Positions 10,091 to 19,055 of a stretch of DNA of 64,000 nucleotides are shown here, piece after piece. Each line of letters starts with the position of its first letter. Position 1 is the stretch's first letter. A program made the translations under genes and the position numbers. Under the pieces are notes generated by a model. That model had not been told where the DNA came from, made no database searches, and worked only from the letters and a program-made list of their open reading frames with translations. Source of the DNA: Dehalococcoidia bacterium (lineage in GTDB: Bacteria > Chloroflexota > Dehalococcoidia > Lucifugimonadales > UBA3495); assembly GCA_034423215.1 (NCBI GenBank), contig DAOUIY010000008.1:80904-144903 (forward strand). Reading direction: 5' to 3'.

Positions 10091-10251
10091 TAGCAACGAT
10101 GCTGAGAAAGTTACCGCATAAAGTAGCTGATTCTCAGCTTTCCAAGTTTAACGCCGGCATCCCATTGGTGGCAACACAAATGGCGGCCAGGTAAGTCAAT
10201 GCCCGGGGCAACGCGACGGGAATGGGAGCAAATCCCGGTCGGGCGCCGGTC

Positions 10252-10959
10252 TCAGCCGGCGGGAGATGCCCGGTGAATGCTGTCAATAACCGACGCAAAA
10301 ATCAGGTTTCCGTCTTCACTGCCCAGCAGCGGTTCACAGCTTCTCTCGGGATGGGGCATCATGCCCAGGACGTTGCCGTTTTCGTTGATAATGCCGGCTA
10401 TGTTGCGCGCCGACCCGTTGGGATTGGCGGCTTCCGTCGCCATTCCCCTGTCGTCGCAATAGCGGAACAGAACCTGCCCGTTGCTTTCCAGCCGGTCCAG
10501 GGTACCGGGCTCGGCGAAATAGTTTCCTTCGCCGTGGGAGACCGGTATCCGCAGGCCCTGCCCGGGCGGACACAGTCCGGTGAAGGCGGTGTCGGTGCGT
10601 TCGGTTCGGAGATTGGTCCACTGGCAGCGGTATTCCAGGTGACTGTTGCGCATCAGGCAGCCGGGCAGCAGTCCCGCTTCGCACAACACTTGAAACCCGT
10701 TGCATATCCCGACGGCCAGCCCGCCGCTCTCGACGTGGGCCCGGAGGGCAGTCATCACCGGGGAGAACCGGGCTATGGCCCCGGCCCTCAGGTAGTCGCC
10801 GTAGGAAAACCCGCCGGGGAGAATGACGCAATCAATGCCGTGGAGCGACGTTTCCTGGTGCCAGACATAGACCGCTTCCTGCCCCAGAACGTCCTTTACC
10901 TGGTAGTAGCAGTCGGTATCGCTCCAGGTGCCGGGGAAAACCAGAATGCCAAATCGCAT
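10252..10959 (-). CDS. purQ: phosphoribosylformylglycinamidine synthase glutaminase subunit PurQ
   Basis: 235 aa. MRFGILVFPG start, GGFSYGDYLRAGA, catalytic GICNGFQ. Confidence 0.93.
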   Translation of the reverse strand: MRFGILVFPGTWSDTDCYYQVKDVLGQEAVYVWHQETSLHGIDCVILPGGFSYGDYLRAGAIARFSPVMTALRAHVESGGLAVGICNGFQVLCEAGLLPGCLMRNSHLEYRCQWTNLRTERTDTAFTGLCPPGQGLRIPVSHGEGNYFAEPGTLDRLESNGQVLFRYCDDRGMATEAANPNGSARNIAGIINENGNVLGMMPHPERSCEPLLGSEDGNLIFASVIDSIHRASPAG

Positions 10960-11056
10960 GAGGAAAGCCCTGCCGGAATGTGGAAGGATAGGAGACGCCC
11001 AACCCGGGCCGCTTTTGGTCGGACCCTGGCGCCAGTACGGGAATCAGCCCGAGTAC

Positions 11057-11515
11057 TCAGCCCGCGTTATTGGACTCCAAAATCCGGGTAACTATGGCGT
11101 TAACCAACTGACCGTCGGCCTTGCCCTGTACCTGGGGCATGAGGCGACCCATCACTTTACCCTTGTCCCTTATGGACTCTGCGCCTACCTGCTGGACCAC
11201 GTCCATTACCAGGGCGGTAATCTCGTCCTCTTCCAGTTGGGGCGGCATGTATTCTTCTAGGATAACCAGGTCCGCCGTTTCCTTGGCCACCAGGTCGGCG
11301 CGGTTGCCCTGCTCGAACATGCGGATGCTGTCCCGCCGGTCCTTGACCTGGCGGACTACCACTTCGGTTACGCCTGCATCGTCCAGGGTAGCCCGGCGGT
11401 CTATCTCGACGCGGTTGATTGCGCTCTTGAGAAAGCGAAGCGCGTCCAGTCTCTGCTGGTTGCGACTGCGCATCGCCGCCTCTATGTCGGCCTCAAGTCT
11501 CTCTTTTATTGACAT
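11057..11515 (-). CDS. GatB/YqeY domain-containing protein
   Basis: 152 aa. The N-terminus MSIKERLEADIEAAMRSRNQQRLDALRFLKSAI and overall length match the YqeY family. Confidence 0.85.
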   Translation of the reverse strand: MSIKERLEADIEAAMRSRNQQRLDALRFLKSAINRVEIDRRATLDDAGVTEVVVRQVKDRRDSIRMFEQGNRADLVAKETADLVILEEYMPPQLEEDEITALVMDVVQQVGAESIRDKGKVMGRLMPQVQGKADGQLVNAIVTRILESNNAG

Positions 11516-11642
11516 GCCTGACTCGAACGGGTTTTCTCGGATGGGAATAGACCAGAATTATATTGGGGTAGCCGGAAAAGTGTCAATTTAGGGAGTGGCT
11601 TGAGAACCAGAAATTCGTCCAAAAGGCACAAGGGAAGGTCAC

Positions 11643-11785
11643 GTCGCCCTGAGCTTGCCGAAGGGCCTAAAATCCTCATGCCCAGGCGCGGTCGGGGCCC
11701 GATACAAACCTGCCGAGTAGGAGTTTAGATGCTTCGGCATAGTCTATACCGAGCTTGCCGAAGGACTCAGCATGACATTTCTCTA
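11643..11785. repeat. D-type repeat copy
   Basis: gtcgccctgagcttgccgaagggcctaaaatcct...gtttagatgcttc...gagcttgccgaagga. Related to 31037-31160 (gtcgccctgagcttgccgaagggctcgaaatcct...gtttagattcttc). Confidence 0.7.
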
Positions 11786-11897
11786 TGATCCAGTCGCCTT
11801 GCTGTCAGGATAGCTGTTTGTGTTTTGGGGCTTTCCCATTCTGAATCCGCCATACCTGCTTTCCGGCGAAAGCCGTCGCCACTTCCAGGGTCACCCC

Positions 11898-11927
11898 AGC
11901 CCCAATGTTATAAAGGATTGGGGCTGT
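11898..11927 (+). terminator. orphan terminator-like hairpin about 200 nt upstream of the membrane-protein pair
   Basis: CAGCCCCAAT-gttataaagg-ATTGGGGCTG (10-bp stem) followed by ttatcgcttctctcttatgtt. There is no + strand gene upstream. Confidence 0.35.
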
Positions 11928-12121
11928 TATCGCTTCTCTCTTATGTTCACTTTCTCCATTTTCCGCTCTTCATACCTTCGGTACACCTGAGCCGGCGATA
12001 ATTATGACAATTTGGGCGAAACTTTGCATAACTTGCAGTTCGGCCAAAGGGAACAGCAATGCGCTGCAATGCTAGGCTCTGGGAATAGGAAGATGTACGA
12101 AACAGTAGGAGAGGCGTTCCG

Positions 12122-12580
12122 ATGGACGTTCTGAGGATGCTGGTTTCCCTGGTACTGATTTTCTGCTCCGTTGTCGTGGCGCTGCAATTCGTGCTTGACC
12201 CCCTGTATGACGACATCGGGCAGGCTTCACTGGCGGTCTGGTACTACTTGGACATGCTGATGGCGGTCTCCATTGTCATCACTGTTGCCGTGCAGCTTCA
12301 GCGCAAGAGGGCGTCGGACCGCATCAGGGGCGACGGGCTGAACCGGGAACGGTTGGAGGCCAACGTGATGTTTTTCGCCTCCCTGCTGGTCGCGATCTGG
12401 TTCTTCCGCAACTGGTTCGATTTCCTCTCCTCGAGTCCCATCGGCGACCAATCCACGGCGACCTTTGTTATCTGGCTCATCCTGAACCCATTGCTGGCAA
12501 TACTGGTAGGCCTCACCGGAATAAGGCTCTGGCGTAATTCGGCTCCAGCCACCGGCTACATGAACACCGGCCGAACGTAG
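12122..12580 (+). CDS. hypothetical 4-TM membrane protein (paralog 1)
   Basis: 152 aa with an AGGAGAGG SD upstream. Shares VAxQFV, W(Y/D)YL and LQRKRA/FQRKRAF motifs and TM topology with the next gene. Confidence 0.7.
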   Translation: MDVLRMLVSLVLIFCSVVVALQFVLDPLYDDIGQASLAVWYYLDMLMAVSIVITVAVQLQRKRASDRIRGDGLNRERLEANVMFFASLLVAIWFFRNWFDFLSSSPIGDQSTATFVIWLILNPLLAILVGLTGIRLWRNSAPATGYMNTGRT

Positions 12581-12589
12581 GAGGTACGA

Positions 12590-13141
12590 ATGGGTGCATT
12601 CAGAAAAATGATGGCCGGCCTCCTGGCCGTCATTTCCGTGGCAGTAGCAGTCCAGTTCGTCATTGGCGAAATCTATAGCGAGTTCTGGTCCAACTCGCAC
12701 GTTATATGGGACTACCTGAACTGGCTCACCGGCCCCGGTCTGCTCGTTATTCTGTACTACCAGTTCCAGCGAAAGCGGGCCTTCGACGGGCAGAACCGGG
12801 ATGAAAGCGTCACCTTTGGCTACCTGTCGGCCAACCTGCTGCTCTTCACCAGCCTGTTCCTGACCCTCTGGTTCTTTGCCAACTGGTTTGAGGAGCTGAA
12901 CATCAACGAGAGCACGTCCACCACTGTACTGGGCTTCGTGTGGATTGTTTTCAACGCTTGCTTTATCGTGCTGGCCGCCATAACCGCCTGGCAGTTGTGG
13001 CGGCACGGCAGCGGCGACGGGACAGAAAACTCCGCCAACTCGCCGCAGACAACCATTAACGATTTTCCACCCGGCAACCCGGTAATCCAGGAAAACTCGA
13101 TAGTCCAGGAATCCGAGGGGCAGCTCACCCGCAGCCACTAA
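12590..13141 (+). CDS. hypothetical 4-TM membrane protein (paralog 2)
   Basis: 183 aa. AGGAGG SD 6 nt upstream of the ATG. Paralogous to 12122-12580, with an extra hydrophilic C-terminal tail. Confidence 0.7.
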   Translation: MGAFRKMMAGLLAVISVAVAVQFVIGEIYSEFWSNSHVIWDYLNWLTGPGLLVILYYQFQRKRAFDGQNRDESVTFGYLSANLLLFTSLFLTLWFFANWFEELNINESTSTTVLGFVWIVFNACFIVLAAITAWQLWRHGSGDGTENSANSPQTTINDFPPGNPVIQENSIVQESEGQLTRSH

Positions 13142-13150
13142 CCGTCCGAC

Positions 13151-13478
13151 TTAATTGAACTGATGGATAATATTCCCGCTCACTATAAGCTTGTTGAAGG
13201 GCCGCCCGTTCATATTTGGACAGGCTCACCACGGGCAACCCCCCGGTTTACTTATTGATACCGTGCCAGGGTAGGGGCCCACGGTCATGCGCCCCTGCGG
13301 CCTGACAAAACTGCAATGATCCCTGGACCCGCCCCGCCCGTCGTTCCCGCGTGGAAATCGCCGACTGGCCCCACCCGTCGTTCCCGCACAGGCGGGAACC
13401 TCGGCAGGTGGGCGCTCAGATTCCTGCGAAGGCAGGAATGACGATTCAGTGCGTTAGCCATCATTTCAACATGGTTGC
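13151..13478 (+). repeat. composite B-C-A repeat element
   Basis: Order: TIR-like aattgaactgatgg; B arms gctcactataagcttgttgaagggccg / ggacaggctcacc; C hairpin aggggcccacggtcatgcgcccct; A hairpins GTTCCCGCacagGCGGGAAC and ATTCCTGCgaagGCAGGAAT. The right end is ccatcatttcaacatggttgcc. Confidence 0.85.
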
Positions 13479-13715
13479 CCTGCTGGTAACGGCATGTAAA
13501 CCGCCCCCACCGTCTCTTCTACGTTGAAAGCGTACATTCGGGACGGAAGCGCGGGTCCCGTATCTCCCTTCCCCTACTGGCCGACGCTGCCTCCGGCACA
13601 ATCGTTGACCTGGCTGCCAGCCTGAACGGCCCGCTCCGGGCCCCTTTGGAAATGGGGCAAGAGGGGAGGGGCCGTTTCTTTGTGCCGCTCTCATCATAAA
13701 AAATCTTTAGGGGCC

Positions 13716-13744
13716 TATCTACAGCCGTCTATTTATGGTATAAT
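13716..13744 (+). promoter_or_regulatory. candidate sigma70-type promoter with extended -10
   Basis: TGgTATAAT at 13736-13744 (perfect TATAAT with an upstream TGn) and a weak -35. It is the only AT-rich patch upstream of the 13949 gene. Confidence 0.45.
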
Positions 13745-13948
13745 AGTTATCAATTTCACAAATGCAAAACGCGATGCCGGTTAAAACCGCAACACCGGCG
13801 CGCCCGCGGCGCTTTTCGCCCCTGCGAGTTGCGCCGCAAACCGTGCTAAAATAATTCAATCGCCACTCAAAACTGATTGGCCTTCCCAGAGCAGTGGATG
13901 TCTGGGCAGGCGCCGGCAGTCCATGCGTTGGAAACCGGAGGTATCCTA

Positions 13949-15133
13949 ATGACAAGAAGGCTTTTTGAGGACAGTGTAAGCAGAGCCATGCTGGAATTCA
14001 CGGCCATGTTCGACGCACTGAGCCCGGAGTACCGAAGCTCCGTAGTAATGCGCGCCCTGAGGGCCAGGGACCACGTCTCGACCGACACGGGCCGCGCATT
14101 GGACTCCGCCATCAGGGGCAGCATTCGCCTGATCGGCTATTCCAACCCGGCTTTGGCCATTTCGTCCGCTTTGCTGGAGCCGGTGACCAGCTCCATCGCC
14201 AAGTCCGAAAAACTGGCTACCGCAACCCTGAGGGTATGGGCCGAGTCCCTGGATGAACTGGAAAAACTGGTTTCCGGGCACTTGCAGTCCCAGGGGCTGC
14301 CGGTAGAGTATCCCGACTTTGAAAATTCCCGGTTCCGGGGCTTTTGGGACGACGATAGCTGGCAGAGGGAACTGGACTGGATAATTGACCTTTCAGAATC
14401 TTGGGACGAAGAAGACATAGCCCTGATGCTCTGCTACGTGTCGGGCAGAACGGTAATCATGGAAAGCGAAGATGGCATGGAACCGGAGGGCGAGCCCTTC
14501 CTTGAAATTTCCAGCCTGAGGGACAAGCAGCCGCTCCTGGAAGACCCGGTAGAAACGGAAACGCCGATTGCTGAAGACCCCAAGGTCGAAGGGCCAAGCG
14601 CCCCGCGGCGCAGCCCGGCGGCGCCTGTTTCTTCCACCCCGCCGGCCGAAATTAACGGCCCAATCATCCTCAACCAATGCATAAACTACCTCAGCTCTCT
14701 GAGCCCGGAAGACTGGAACTGGAACGAGGCCGTGCCCGCCTTTGTGGATGCCGTCAGCAACATTAGGTCCCTCAAGTCGGCCCAGCGCGAGAGGCGCGCC
14801 AGCCTGGTGGAAGCTCACAGCGAGATTACTCAGGAGTTTTCGGCAGACCTGGAGTTCCTGGAACAGGACACTTCCTTCTGGAGCGCCCAGGGCCTGACGG
14901 AACTGACCGAGCTGGACCGTACCCTGGAACTGGCCGAAGGGCTGAAGCGTTTGCTGGAGGAGTACCGGGAGGTCAGACGCCCGGGCACCACTCTCTCAGA
15001 GGAGTTGGGCCGCAGGGAACGCCGCTTTGCCCTGGAACCGCGCATCCTCGACACCATGTCAATGATGCGGCATGCCATGGCCGGCATCGGTGAGCCCGTT
15101 GACGGGCTGGACAGTTCCGAAGACAGGGATTAA
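13949..15133 (+). CDS. hypothetical acidic protein, no recognisable domain
   Basis: 394 aa from the ATG at 13949 (GGAGG 8 nt upstream); the ORF is open from 13877. Glu/Asp/Leu-rich with a Pro-rich central linker and a predicted helical C-terminal half. I recognised no motif. Confidence 0.65.
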   Translation: MTRRLFEDSVSRAMLEFTAMFDALSPEYRSSVVMRALRARDHVSTDTGRALDSAIRGSIRLIGYSNPALAISSALLEPVTSSIAKSEKLATATLRVWAESLDELEKLVSGHLQSQGLPVEYPDFENSRFRGFWDDDSWQRELDWIIDLSESWDEEDIALMLCYVSGRTVIMESEDGMEPEGEPFLEISSLRDKQPLLEDPVETETPIAEDPKVEGPSAPRRSPAAPVSSTPPAEINGPIILNQCINYLSSLSPEDWNWNEAVPAFVDAVSNIRSLKSAQRERRASLVEAHSEITQEFSADLEFLEQDTSFWSAQGLTELTELDRTLELAEGLKRLLEEYREVRRPGTTLSEELGRRERRFALEPRILDTMSMMRHAMAGIGEPVDGLDSSEDRD

Positions 15134-15300
15134 TTGGGCGGGGGCGCCAACACCGCCAGGGTTGAAGTTTACGGTGGCATGAAGTCTCCCGCGCCCAAGG
15201 AGCTATGGCGGCCCGCTCCGGGCCCGGCGCAAATCCCGACCATGAAGAAAACACCCGAAGCAAAGTGTTTGCCTCGGGTGTTCTTGCGGTATGCGGAGCC

Positions 15301-15640
15301 TGGTTGTTCAACTCATTTGAACTGGTGGGAAATTGTCTCTGCTCACCCTGAACTTGTCGAAGGGCCGCCCGTTCATGGTCCGACAGGCTCACCCCACGAG
15401 CGGACTAACGGGTTTAGTCCTCGATACAATGCAGGGGCGCACGGACAGGCGCTCCTACAACTTGGCAACTTTGACATGGTGCCTTGTCCCGCCCAGCCCG
15501 TTGATCCCGTTTGGAAGTCTCCGACCAGCCCAACCCGTCGTTCCCGCGCAGGCGGGAACCTCGACGGGCTGGAGTTATGATTCCTGCCTGCGCAGGAATG
15601 ACGGGTGAGCGCATGAGCCAGCATTCCAAAACGGTTGGAC
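15301..15640 (+). repeat. composite B-C-A repeat element
   Basis: Left end ggttgttcaactcatttgaactggtgg; B arms gctcaccctgaacttgtcgaagggccg / cgacaggctcacc; C hairpin aggggcgcacggacaggcgctcct. A hairpins are GTTCCCGCgcagGCGGGAAC and ATTCCTGCctgcGCAGGAAT. The right end is cattccaaaacggttggac. Same orientation as 13151-13478. Confidence 0.85.
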
Positions 15641-15744
15641 TACTACCGCCTCGCCCGTCTCGCCCTCGCCAAAGCTGGGGGTTGCCGTTAATACAAAGGC
15701 AGTTTCCCGCGGGTTGCCCGTCCGGTCGCACCCGGGGGTATTGC

Positions 15745-16110
15745 CTACACCCGGGTCAGCAGTTCCAGTACGTGCCCGTCCGGGTCCCGGAAGTAAACGC
15801 CTCTACCGCCTCGCCGGTGGTTGATGTCCATATCCTCCAGGCTGCGGGGCCCGCTCCCGTAGGCTATCTCCTCCGCCTTGATTCGCCCGAAAATGGCGTC
15901 GAAATCCTCCTCGCTGACGTGGAAAGCGTAGTGGTGGGACTCAAACTCCTCCCGGTCGTCAAAATCCAGGGTGAGCGCCTCGTTGACCTGGACCGGGGCG
16001 AAATGGCCGTGGGTGCCCGCATAGGTCAGGCCGAAAACTCGGGCGAAGAACCTGGCCCCCGCCTCCTTGTCTTGTGAGGGTACTATGGTGTGGTTCAGTT
16101 CAATAGCCAT
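15745..16110 (-). CDS. VOC (glyoxalase/bleomycin-resistance/dioxygenase) family protein
   Basis: 121 aa. LNHTIVPSQDKEAGARFFARVFG ... AFHVSEEDFDAIFGRI ... YFRDPDGHVLELLT. Confidence 0.8.
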   Translation of the reverse strand: MAIELNHTIVPSQDKEAGARFFARVFGLTYAGTHGHFAPVQVNEALTLDFDDREEFESHHYAFHVSEEDFDAIFGRIKAEEIAYGSGPRSLEDMDINHRRGGRGVYFRDPDGHVLELLTRV

Positions 16111-16223
16111 GCAGCGCCTCCTTTATCCTTCGGTAATCAAGTCCGGCTTCCGCCCGTCAAGGGGCTTAACGATTGCGAACCCCCGGGTCTTGCCCCAAAT
16201 CATCCTGACGGATGTGCGGCCGC

Positions 16224-17156
16224 CTACCTCCCTTCCTCTTCAAGGGCCTGGCGCAGGGCGTCCTCCTCGACCCGCACTTCTACCCCGGCCCTCTCTTCCT
16301 GCAGCAGCATTGCCACCCGGGAGTCGCGGTGCCCCCACCCGCGGTTGATGGCCTCGGTCATCTCCGCCAGGGTTATGTTGGCCAGCCGCATGGGCACGTT
16401 GAACTCCCGTCCCACGCCCACGGCCAGGTCAACGTCCTTGCGCGCCAACTGCAGGGCAAAGTCCGGGGGATCAAAATTGCCCGTCAGCAAATGCTCCGCC
16501 AGCCCCTCGAAGGGCCCCCGGCGGCCCTGGGCGCCCCGCCTGACCGCTTGCCACAGGGCCAGCGGCTCCACTCCCGCCTTCACCCCCATGGTGAAAGTCT
16601 CCGCCAGCGCGGCCTGGATGATGTACCCGGAACAGTTGTGGACCAGCTTGGCCACCGAGCCACAGCCGATGGGGCCCACGTAGTAGGCCTTGTCGCCTAT
16701 GGAATCCAGAACCGTCTTGTAGCGGTCGAATAGCTCCCGGTCGCCGCCCACCCAGATGGCCAGGTTGCGGGAACGGGCGCCCCGCGGTCCGCCGCTAACC
16801 GGTGCGTCCAGCATGTGAATGCCATTTTCGGCGTAAACTTCGTGAATCCTGCGGATAACCGTTGGCGAATTGGTGCTGAGGTCAAAATAGACCTTGCCGG
16901 AACTCATCCCCTCCAGCAGACCCTCTTCCCCCAGGGCCACCGCTTCAACCTCCACCGGGCCCGGCAGCGAGGTGAATACTACCTCCGCTCCCTCGGCGAC
17001 CTCCCGGGGACTGTCCGCCCACTCGGCGCCGGCCTCCAGGTGCGGGGTAGCCGCCTCCCTGCGGATGTCGTGAACAATCATTTCGTTGCCGCCCTGCAGG
17101 CAGTTGTAGGCCATGCTTCCGCCCATGGTTCCCAGGCCTATGAATCCAACCTTCAT
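16224..17156 (-). CDS. NAD(P)-dependent beta-hydroxyacid dehydrogenase (3-hydroxyisobutyrate dehydrogenase family)
   Basis: MKVGFIGLGTMGGSMA Rossmann motif and a 6PGDH-type NAD-binding domain. Start set at the ATG at 17156 with GGAGG upstream; the ORF is open to 17228. Confidence 0.85.
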   Translation of the reverse strand: MKVGFIGLGTMGGSMAYNCLQGGNEMIVHDIRREAATPHLEAGAEWADSPREVAEGAEVVFTSLPGPVEVEAVALGEEGLLEGMSSGKVYFDLSTNSPTVIRRIHEVYAENGIHMLDAPVSGGPRGARSRNLAIWVGGDRELFDRYKTVLDSIGDKAYYVGPIGCGSVAKLVHNCSGYIIQAALAETFTMGVKAGVEPLALWQAVRRGAQGRRGPFEGLAEHLLTGNFDPPDFALQLARKDVDLAVGVGREFNVPMRLANITLAEMTEAINRGWGHRDSRVAMLLQEERAGVEVRVEEDALRQALEEEGR

Positions 17157-17295
17157 CGGTCCCTCCGTTCCCTTCAAGAGTGCGCGAGTGTGCGTCGCCG
17201 TGAAATGCCGCGCGTACAGGCGCCCCAATTATCCTGTAGCTTCCCGGCAGCCGCAAGGCCCCGTTTCCGATGGCCCGCTACCCGAACAGCCACCA

Positions 17296-17447
17296 GGTGG
17301 TTCATGGGGGCAGGGATGACGAAAAAATTATGAGCCCGCTCATGGTGAGCTTGTCGAACCATTTACTTGTAAAACTGCGAACGGGCGGCCCTTCGACCAA
17401 CTCCGGGTGAGCGGGAGTATTATCCATCAGTTTAAATGTGTGAACCG
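17296..17447 (-). repeat. B-type repeat (reverse orientation) with an A-module remnant
   Basis: gcccgctcatggtgagcttgtcgaacc ... cccttcgaccaactccgggtgagcgg ... ccatcagtttaaatgtgtgaacc, preceded by the remnant cagggatgacg. Confidence 0.8.
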
Positions 17448-17571
17448 TTAAGGCGCCGGCCGGGTCTCATTGACCGGGAAAGACTCTCTCGATACCCAAA
17501 TCGTACTTTCAACAATGTAGAATAATATTATATATCGGCAGTTGCGAAATTACTGGGGGAAGGGTAAGGGT

Positions 17572-18894
17572 ATGACTACATCAGCACAAGAATTGAGCCC
17601 TACCGACCGGAATCTCTGGAGCGCCATCGTGGGAGAAGCGCTGGCCAATCTGAAGTACAATGCCTATTCCCACAAGGCCCTGGAAGAGGGTTACCCCGAG
17701 GTGGCTCAAATCTTCCAGGAAGTGGCCGGAGCGGAAACCATTCACGGCCTCAACCACCTGCGGGTGGCAGGGGAGGTGAACGGAACCCTCGAAAACCTGA
17801 AATCGGTGATTGAAGGAGAGTCCAAGGAATTCAGCGTCATGTATCCCCGCATGGTCCGGGCCGCCCAGGCGGAGGGGCGCCAGGACGCCGCCGACTCCTT
17901 CTCCCTGGCCCTGGAGCGGGAACATCACCACCAGGCCATTTTTGCCCGTGCCCTGGAACAAATGGAGTCCCGGCAGAGCAGGTCCGTGAACGAACCAACG
18001 GCCGCCGCACCCCTCGTTGACGCCTTGCCAGCCCCCGGGCCGCCGGTTGACGACAACCCGTCCGTGGATACAGCGGCCGCCGGTGCGGGTGACGGCCTGT
18101 CGCCGGACCCGGACCAGGTAACGGTCAGCCCCGACCTGGCCCTGGGCGAGGGCGCAAACCGTATAAGCCTCGACACCTACGTGACCGCAACCAGGGAGGT
18201 GGACCAGGAGCGCTTCCGGGTGGCCAATCTCGGCCGGCTCAGGGAGGTGGTATTCGGCGCCCAGGACGGAATCCTCAGCACGGTAGCCCTGGTAACCTCG
18301 GTGGCGGTTGCCATCGGCGACGGCGCCACGGTGCTGGTGGCCGGCATGGCGGCAGCCCTGGCCGGCATGATTTCCATGGCCACCGGCGCCTACCTGGGTT
18401 CCAGGGCCGAGCAGGACGTCCAGCGTTTTGAAATTGACCGGGAAGCCAGGGAACTGGAGGAAAACCCGGCGGAGGAACTGGCCGAACTGGTGGTAATGCT
18501 CCAAAGAGAAGGCAGAAGTTTCGCCGAAGCCCACGCCCTGGCATCGGAAATCGCCCAGGACAAGGAGCTTTGGCTGAAAACGCTGGTGGAGAAGGAACTG
18601 GGCATCAGCATGGAGGATACCACCAGCCCGGTCAAGGACGCGCTGGTGATGGGAGTTTCCTTCGTAGTGGCCGCCCTTATTCCCATTGCGCCCTACCTGC
18701 TGTTCGCCGGGCCGACGGCAATCGCCGTTTCGGTGGCCGGCGCCCTGGTTGGACTTTTCATCCTCGGAATGGGCAAGGGCAGGCTGGTGAGCAAGTCTCC
18801 ATTGCTCCAGGGATTGGAAATCCTGGTAATAGGCGCAATTTCCGCCGCCATAGGCTTTGTCCTGGGCGACGTGGTGCCCAGGCTATTCGGCTAG
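17572..18894 (+). CDS. ferritin-like (rubrerythrin/erythrin) domain fused to a VIT1/CCC1 iron-manganese transporter domain
   Basis: The N-terminal half has diiron-type E..H pairs (GEALANLKY, AGAETIHG, EGESKE, ALEREHHH). The C-terminal half has the VIT1 signature VFGAQDGILSTVALVTSVA and five TM helices. Confidence 0.8.
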   Translation: MTTSAQELSPTDRNLWSAIVGEALANLKYNAYSHKALEEGYPEVAQIFQEVAGAETIHGLNHLRVAGEVNGTLENLKSVIEGESKEFSVMYPRMVRAAQAEGRQDAADSFSLALEREHHHQAIFARALEQMESRQSRSVNEPTAAAPLVDALPAPGPPVDDNPSVDTAAAGAGDGLSPDPDQVTVSPDLALGEGANRISLDTYVTATREVDQERFRVANLGRLREVVFGAQDGILSTVALVTSVAVAIGDGATVLVAGMAAALAGMISMATGAYLGSRAEQDVQRFEIDREARELEENPAEELAELVVMLQREGRSFAEAHALASEIAQDKELWLKTLVEKELGISMEDTTSPVKDALVMGVSFVVAALIPIAPYLLFAGPTAIAVSVAGALVGLFILGMGKGRLVSKSPLLQGLEILVIGAISAAIGFVLGDVVPRLFG

Positions 18895-19002
18895 GCCCAT
18901 CCGTGTATCGGGGCCTATCTCCCTTGACCGGCCCTTAGCCAGAATAAATGAAACCGGAAACTTCGTGCGGGTATGCGGGGAGCAAGACCTGTGGGCGGAC
19001 CG

Positions 19003-19028
19003 CCCTGCCGGTCGCAGGGATGCTTTTC
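19003..19028 (+). terminator. candidate rho-independent terminator after the VIT1 fusion gene
   Basis: CCCTGC-cggtc-GCAGGG followed by atgcttttcc. Confidence 0.4.
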
Positions 19029-19055
19029 CCAGACCCGACCAGCCGGGCGGTGGCT

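Noticed and set aside
9860-10121. Short ORFs (9860-10093 +, 9866-10096 -, 9903-10121 +; likewise 25646-25831 and others) with recurring peptide strings such as RSRFPPSRERRKG
   Set aside because: They lie entirely within A-type repeat elements. The recurrence reflects DNA repeat copies read in arbitrary frames, not a protein family.
12578-12592. In-frame TAG between the two membrane-protein paralogs, considered as possible pyrrolysine readthrough or a fusion
   Set aside because: TAG is followed by an AGGAGG SD and an ATG 6 nt later. Each paralog is a complete 4-TM unit. There is no Pyl machinery or context.
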